A stretch of 64,000 bases of DNA from Candidatus Tayloriibacteriota bacterium (GTDB taxonomy: Bacteria > Patescibacteriota > Minisyncoccia > Phycocordibacterales > PALSA-1337), in contig JANNAN010000017.1 of NCBI GenBank assembly GCA_031384385.1, forward strand, positions 3,020 through 67,019, read 5' to 3'. Shown here piece by piece: positions 58,846-64,000 of this stretch. Every line of letters starts with the position of its first letter. Within the stretch, counting starts at the first letter, position 1. The notes under the pieces are model-generated. The model searched no databases and was not told where the DNA came from. It was given only the letters and a program-made list of their open reading frames with translations. The translations under genes were made by a program, and so were the position numbers.

Positions 58846-59400
58846 ATGAAAAAAATATTAATTATAATTGGAATAGTTGTTCTTTTAATAGTATTGTTTT
58901 GTTTTACTACTTACAATAGTCTTATAACATTAAATATTAATGCTGATGCTCAATGGAAACAGGTAGAAACAGATTATCAAAGACGCTTTGATCTTATTCC
59001 TAATCTTATAGAATCTGTTAAGGGAATAATGAAACAAGAGCAGTCTGTATTTACAGCAATTGCAGATGCTCGTACAAAATATTCTGGCGCTACAACAGTA
59101 GATGCAAAAGCTAAAGCAGCAGGACAAGTAGAAAGTGCATTAGGAAGACTTCTTGTAATTACAGAAAATTATCCACAATTAAAATCTTCAGATACTGTTC
59201 AAACTCTGATGTCTCAATTAGAAGGAACTGAAAATCGTATTAGTGTTCAAAGAATGAGATTCAATGATTCTGTTAAAGAATACAATTTGAAAGTAATGAG
59301 AATTCCAAGTTCAATTATTGCATCTATATTTGGTTTTGAACAAAAATCATATTTTGAAGCTGTTAAGGGTTCAGAAACAGTTCCACAAGTTAAATTCTAA
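58846..59400 (+). CDS. lemA: LemA family protein
   Basis: N-terminal TM helix then YNSLITLNINADAQWKQVETDYQRRFDLIPNL. Start chosen at the internal Met. Confidence 0.8.
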   Translation: MKKILIIIGIVVLLIVLFCFTTYNSLITLNINADAQWKQVETDYQRRFDLIPNLIESVKGIMKQEQSVFTAIADARTKYSGATTVDAKAKAAGQVESALGRLLVITENYPQLKSSDTVQTLMSQLEGTENRISVQRMRFNDSVKEYNLKVMRIPSSIIASIFGFEQKSYFEAVKGSETVPQVKF

Positions 59401-59403
59401 TTT

Positions 59404-60246
59404 ATGAAGCGAGCTATTCTACTCGCAGTTAGCGCTTTCTTTTTAAGTACAATTTTTGTTTATGCATATACAAGTCCTGGCAAACCTCAGGGTTTTGTAA
59501 ACGATTTTGCAAAAATCCTAAATCCAGAGGCTAAAGGTGTATTAGAAGAAAAATTAAATAATTTTAATTCATCTTCCACTATTCAGATCGCTGTTGTTAC
59601 TGTTTCGGGTCTTGGAGATGAAACAATAGATACTTACTCGGTAAAACTCTTTGAGGATTGGAAAATTGGTGAAAAAGGGAAAGATAATGGAGTTTTATTT
59701 CTTATTGCACTAACAGAAAAGAAAGTAAGAATAGAAGTTGGGTATGGTCTTGAAAGTGTGCTTACGGATGCTCAGTCAAATGGAATAATTCAAAAAATAA
59801 TTCTGCCGGAATTTAGGGGTGGAAATATTCAGAAAGGAATTTTGAATGGTACTGATGCAATTATTTCAGTTGTGTCTGGTCAGGCAGATTATTATCAAAA
59901 AAATAATAATAAATCCTTTAAATTTAATTTTGAATTTGTACTGATACTTTTAGGTATAATAATAAGTATACTTGCAAGTACAAAATCTTGGTGGCTCGGA
60001 GGTGTATTCGGTGGTATTGCTGGAATAATTATTGGATTCGTTACCATTTCATTAATTACAGGAATTATTTCAACGATAGGTTTAATATTGCTCGGATTAT
60101 TGATTGATTTCTTGGTTTCAAAAAATACTGGAAAGGGAGGTGGAGGCTTTTGGGGTGGATTTGGAGGTGGTAGTTTCGGCGGTGGAGGCTTTGGTGGATT
60201 CGGAGGTGGTTCATCTGGAGGAGGAGGTTCAAGTGGAAGTTGGTAA
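59404..60246 (+). CDS. TPM-domain (YgcG-like) protein with a Gly-rich C-terminal tail
   Basis: GFVNDFAKILNPEAKGVLEEKL...GVLFLIALTEKKVRIEVGYGLE is a TPM phosphatase fold. It has a TM helix and the tail GGGFGGFGGGSSGGGG. Confidence 0.75.
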   Translation: MKRAILLAVSAFFLSTIFVYAYTSPGKPQGFVNDFAKILNPEAKGVLEEKLNNFNSSSTIQIAVVTVSGLGDETIDTYSVKLFEDWKIGEKGKDNGVLFLIALTEKKVRIEVGYGLESVLTDAQSNGIIQKIILPEFRGGNIQKGILNGTDAIISVVSGQADYYQKNNNKSFKFNFEFVLILLGIIISILASTKSWWLGGVFGGIAGIIIGFVTISLITGIISTIGLILLGLLIDFLVSKNTGKGGGGFWGGFGGGSFGGGGFGGFGGGSSGGGGSSGSW

Positions 60247-60264
60247 TATGTTACAATATATTTT

Positions 60265-60756
60265 ATGACATATACAATAATATTAATTATTTCTTCTCTG
60301 TTGCTTATTCCAGGAATTATTATGGCTTTTATTCCCGGTATTCCAAATCTTGTATATATGTTCGCGATTGCGATATTTTTTGGATTATATGATAACTTTT
60401 TTAATATTACCCCAATGAATATTTTGACTTTAGCAATTATTTCAATGATTGCTATGTTGATTGATTTTATTTCAGGAATTATTGGCGCAAAATGGGGAGG
60501 TGCTCATTGGTCATCTATCGCTTCTGGTATCATTGGTCTTATTATCGGTTCAGTCTTTATTCCAGTTCCAATATTGGGAAGTCTAGTAGGAATGTTTCTC
60601 GGCGTATTTTCTTCAGAATATTATCGTACTCATAATTTAAAAAAGGCAGAGAAGGCTGCGTTAGGTAGTTTTTTAGGATTTATAGCTGGAACAGGAGTTC
60701 GTATTATTGCTTCTATAGTTTTCTTTGTTTTATTTATAGTTTTTGCTTGGAATTAA
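60265..60756 (+). CDS. Membrane protein of a DUF456-like family
   Basis: Four TM helices, co-operonic with the LemA/TPM genes. Confidence 0.4.
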   Translation: MTYTIILIISSLLLIPGIIMAFIPGIPNLVYMFAIAIFFGLYDNFFNITPMNILTLAIISMIAMLIDFISGIIGAKWGGAHWSSIASGIIGLIIGSVFIPVPILGSLVGMFLGVFSSEYYRTHNLKKAEKAALGSFLGFIAGTGVRIIASIVFFVLFIVFAWN

Positions 60757-61212
60757 ATGCTAAAATCCCTCTTAAAATTCATAATTCTAATCATTATCTT
60801 CACTAGTTTAATTTTCTTGTTCTCAAAATCAAAAAATATCAATCAAAATCCTAAATATATTCTAAATATAGCAAATAAAGAGATAAATTTAATTATCGCA
60901 AACACAGAAGAATTAAAAACTAAAGGTTTGGGCGGTATAGAGTCTTTGTCTGAAAATACTGCCATGCTTTTTACTTTTGACAAAAAAGATTTTTATGGAA
61001 TTTGGATGAAGGATATGAAAATTTCATTAGATATTTTTTGGTTAGATGAAAATGGAAAAATAATTTCCCTTGAAGAAAATATTTCACCCAATACTTATCC
61101 AAAGATCTTCTATCCGGTGGGAAAAGGTTCATTTATACTTGAAACAAACGCTAATTTTGCCAAAAAGAATAATCTGCTAGTGGGAAAAGTTTTAGATTTA
61201 ACTCTAAAATAG
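60757..61212 (+). CDS. DUF192 domain protein
   Basis: MLFTFDKKDFYGIWMKDMKISLDIFWLDENGKII matches DUF192. Confidence 0.6.
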   Translation: MLKSLLKFIILIIIFTSLIFLFSKSKNINQNPKYILNIANKEINLIIANTEELKTKGLGGIESLSENTAMLFTFDKKDFYGIWMKDMKISLDIFWLDENGKIISLEENISPNTYPKIFYPVGKGSFILETNANFAKKNNLLVGKVLDLTLK

Positions 61213-61366
61213 CTTTATTTATCAGTCTGTATCAAGGGCTCGTTTTACATTGTTCTAAATTTATTTCTTATTGCTAAATTTTGTTGAAAAATATTTTTTT
61301 GATAAGAATTTTTAGTGTACAATGAGTATATTACAAAATTTTATTAAAATAATTTATTGAATTTAT

Positions 61367-63697
61367 ATGATGATGGCAAAAGTCAAAAAGGTTTCCGGAA
61401 AGTCAGGTAGGTCTGTAGAGTTCGTACAGTCTATTCTTAAGAGAGATGGAAGAGTTGTTCCTTTTGATATAGAAAAAATTGCCAATGCTATTTTTAAGGG
61501 CATGTCTACAACAGGTGAAGGTTCACAAGAAGAGTCTGCGCTTGTGGCCAATAAAGTTTATGGAGAACTTGTTAGAATTGCCAAGAAATTTAAGAATTTC
61601 GTACCTACAGTTGAAGGAGTTCAAGATGTCGTAGAAGCAGAACTTATGCGTTCTGATTATATAAAAACAGCCAAACATTATGTTCTATATAGACAAGAGC
61701 GTTCAAAAATTCGTGCTGAAGGTTTGGAAGTTCCAGAAAATATAAAAAAACTTGCTGTTGATAGTAAAAAATATTTCAGAAATCCATTAGGAGAATTTGT
61801 TTATTATAGAACATATTCAAAATGGATTGATGCAGAAAATCGTAGAGAAACTTGGATAGAGACTGTTGAGCGTTATATTGGATTCATGAAAGAAAATCTT
61901 GGAAATAAACTTACAGAGAAAGAATATTCTGAAGTTCGTGAATCTATTTTGAAACAAGAAGCAATGCCATCAATGAGATTGCTACAATTCGCTGGTCCAG
62001 CAGCTCGAACAACAAATGTATGTGCATACAATTGTTCATTTATTGCCCCAAGTTCATTTCAGGATCTTGCAGAAATAATGTATGTATCAATGTGTGGAAC
62101 TGGAGCGGGATTTTCTGTAGAAAGTAATGCAGTACAAAAATTTCCACAAATTGAAATTCAAAATGGTGAAAAAGTTCCAACACATTTAATTCCAGATAAT
62201 AAAGAAGGGTGGGCGGACTCACTTTCTTTTGGAATGAAGACTTGGGCTTCGGGAAAGGATATAGATTTTGATTTTTCAAAGTTACGTCCAGCCGGTGCTC
62301 GTCTGAAAACTATGGGTGGAAAATCATCAGGACCAGAACCATTACGCCGTCTCCTGTCATTTACTCGTGAAATTATGCTTGCAAGACAAGGTAGACGCCT
62401 TAGAAATATAGATGTTCATGATATTGCTTGTATGATTGGGGACTGTGTGGTCTCTGGAGGCGTTAGAAGAAGTGCTCTTATTTCATTGTCAGATCTTGAC
62501 GATTCTGATATTCGAGATGCAAAGAAAGGCGCATTTTATATGACTCATCCACATCGTGCTCTAGCAAATAACTCCGCTATTTATCTAACCAAACCAAGCA
62601 ATGAGGAATTTTTGAAGGAATGGATGGCTCTTATAGAAAGTAAATCTGGAGAAAGAGGAATATTCAATAGAGGTTCTCTTGCTAAAACTCTCCCAGAAAG
62701 AAGATTAAAACTGCTGAAGCAATATAAAGGATATTTTGATGCAACGGGAAGTACAATTGTAGGAACAATGGGAACAAATCCTTGTGGAGAAATCATACTT
62801 CAGTCAAAACAATTTTGTAATCTTTCAGAAATTGTAGCTAGATCAGATGATGATGAAAAATCACTTATTAGAAAAATGAGAATCGCCACAATTATTGGTA
62901 CTTATCAATCATCTCTTACAAATTTTCCATATCTTTCAAAAGAATGGAAGGAAAATTGTGAGAAAGAAAGATTGCTTGGAGTTTCTATTACAGGACAATG
63001 GGATTCTCCAGCCGTAAGAAAACCAGAAGTTATGAGAAAGTTGAGGGCAGAGTCAATTAAAATAAATAAAGAATTTGCAAAGAGATTCGGAGTCAATGAG
63101 TCAACATGCATCACCGCAGTTAAACCATCAGGGACTCTTTCACAAACTGTAGATTGTTCTTCTGGAATGCATCCACGACATTCAAAATATTATATTCGAA
63201 GGATTCGTATCGCAGCAACAGATACATTATTTAAAATGTTGAAGGATCAAGGAGTTCCATATGCACCAGAAGTTGGTCAAACTAAAGAGAATGCCACAAC
63301 TTATGTTCTTGAGTTCCCAGTAAAAGCTCCAAATGGTTCAATCTTCAAGAATGATCAAACAGCCATCGAACAATTAGAATATTGGAAAATGGTTAAGGAA
63401 AATTATACAGAGCACAATCCGTCAATCACAATTTCAGTTGGAAATAATGAATGGATAGAAGTTGCAAATTGGGTCTATAAAAATTGGGATATTGTTGGAG
63501 GTCTGTCATTTCTTCCAAGAGAAGATCATATATATCAACTTGCTCCATACGAAACAATTGATGAAAAGAGATATAAAGAACTTGCCAAAAGACTTGAACA
63601 TATTGATTATTCAAAGATCATTACTTATGAAAAGCAGAATGAACTTGATTTAAAGAAGGAATTAGCTTGTGTAGGAGGAGTTTGCGAGGTTATGTAG
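61367..63697 (+). CDS. nrdJ: Class II (adenosylcobalamin-dependent) ribonucleotide reductase with an N-terminal ATP-cone
   Basis: ATP-cone VEFVQSILKRDGRVVPFDIEKI. Class II hallmark TNPCGEI. C-terminal Cys pair CVGGVCE. Confidence 0.85.
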   Translation: MMMAKVKKVSGKSGRSVEFVQSILKRDGRVVPFDIEKIANAIFKGMSTTGEGSQEESALVANKVYGELVRIAKKFKNFVPTVEGVQDVVEAELMRSDYIKTAKHYVLYRQERSKIRAEGLEVPENIKKLAVDSKKYFRNPLGEFVYYRTYSKWIDAENRRETWIETVERYIGFMKENLGNKLTEKEYSEVRESILKQEAMPSMRLLQFAGPAARTTNVCAYNCSFIAPSSFQDLAEIMYVSMCGTGAGFSVESNAVQKFPQIEIQNGEKVPTHLIPDNKEGWADSLSFGMKTWASGKDIDFDFSKLRPAGARLKTMGGKSSGPEPLRRLLSFTREIMLARQGRRLRNIDVHDIACMIGDCVVSGGVRRSALISLSDLDDSDIRDAKKGAFYMTHPHRALANNSAIYLTKPSNEEFLKEWMALIESKSGERGIFNRGSLAKTLPERRLKLLKQYKGYFDATGSTIVGTMGTNPCGEIILQSKQFCNLSEIVARSDDDEKSLIRKMRIATIIGTYQSSLTNFPYLSKEWKENCEKERLLGVSITGQWDSPAVRKPEVMRKLRAESIKINKEFAKRFGVNESTCITAVKPSGTLSQTVDCSSGMHPRHSKYYIRRIRIAATDTLFKMLKDQGVPYAPEVGQTKENATTYVLEFPVKAPNGSIFKNDQTAIEQLEYWKMVKENYTEHNPSITISVGNNEWIEVANWVYKNWDIVGGLSFLPREDHIYQLAPYETIDEKRYKELAKRLEHIDYSKIITYEKQNELDLKKELACVGGVCEVM

Positions 63698-63714
63698 TTT
63701 GTGGTATAATAGTA

Positions 63715-64000
63715 TTACATATCAGACAATCGCTGTTGGAACAATAGTTCTAATAGAGGAAAGTCCGAGCACTGGCTATACGAAATTATAGACAGAAGGG
63801 TAGCGGGTAATTCCCGTCCACCGTGAGGTGTGAGGTGCGAACAGAGACGCCAAAGTCGAAAGGCAATGGCATCCTACGCAAGTAGGATGAGTTGTAAAAG
63901 TAATTTTACAATTGCAACGGCAAAATCCTTACTTCAGTGCAAGGCCGTGCCGATGAAAGTCGGAGTGCCGCTTGAGGGATGGTGTAAATCATCTCCCAGA
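63715..64000 (+). ncRNA. rnpB: RNase P RNA, bacterial type, 5' portion. It continues past the window end.
   Basis: P4 hallmark AGAGGAAAGTCCGAGC. Downstream ACAGAAGGGTAGCGGGTAATTCCCGTCC and TGCGAACAGAGACGCCAAAG match conserved rnpB regions. Confidence 0.75.

Overview
The window is low-GC (about 30-35%) and gene-dense, with architecture resembling a Candidate Phyla Radiation (Patescibacteria-like) genome. Stops are mostly TAA and nothing suggests recoded stop codons. Most genes are on the + strand.

Native content:
- A complete type IV pilus / competence-pilus locus at about 3.3-17 kb: comFC, pilM/N/O, pilB, a REC-only response regulator, pilT, pilC, three major-pilin paralogues, a pilin-like gene, pilD and four minor pilins. 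No secretin is present.
- Housekeeping genes: ligA, gatC/gatA, prfB, ftsE/ftsX, pyrG, eno, rnj, secG, nrdJ, a DEAD-box helicase, nrnA, a cyclophilin, lemA/TPM and an L34-like protein.
- A five-tRNA array at 21.4-22.1 kb: two CAT tRNAs, Asp, and two Thr.
- Three further tRNAs (Ser-GCT, a Ser-like type II tRNA with an ACU anticodon, and Gln-CTG), each followed by a GC-rich trailer with a shared motif.
- A partial RNase P RNA at the right edge.

The most unusual region runs from tRNA-Gln (27461) to about 37.2 kb:
- A large serine recombinase whose 3' end overlaps the tRNA.
- GC-rich structured DNA with perfect 12-bp inverted repeats.
- An 1822-aa protein: 12 tandem ~68-aa 'HPEWFK/YSPEL/APEGW' repeats, an SNF2-family ATPase and a class-I SAM methyltransferase.
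- A block of small foreign-composition genes: a membrane protein, a HEPN-like protein, a NYN nuclease and an XRE regulator.

This looks like an integrative element carrying a candidate novel DNA-targeting, defence or anti-defence enzyme. A thiol-redox/Msr repair cluster follows it.
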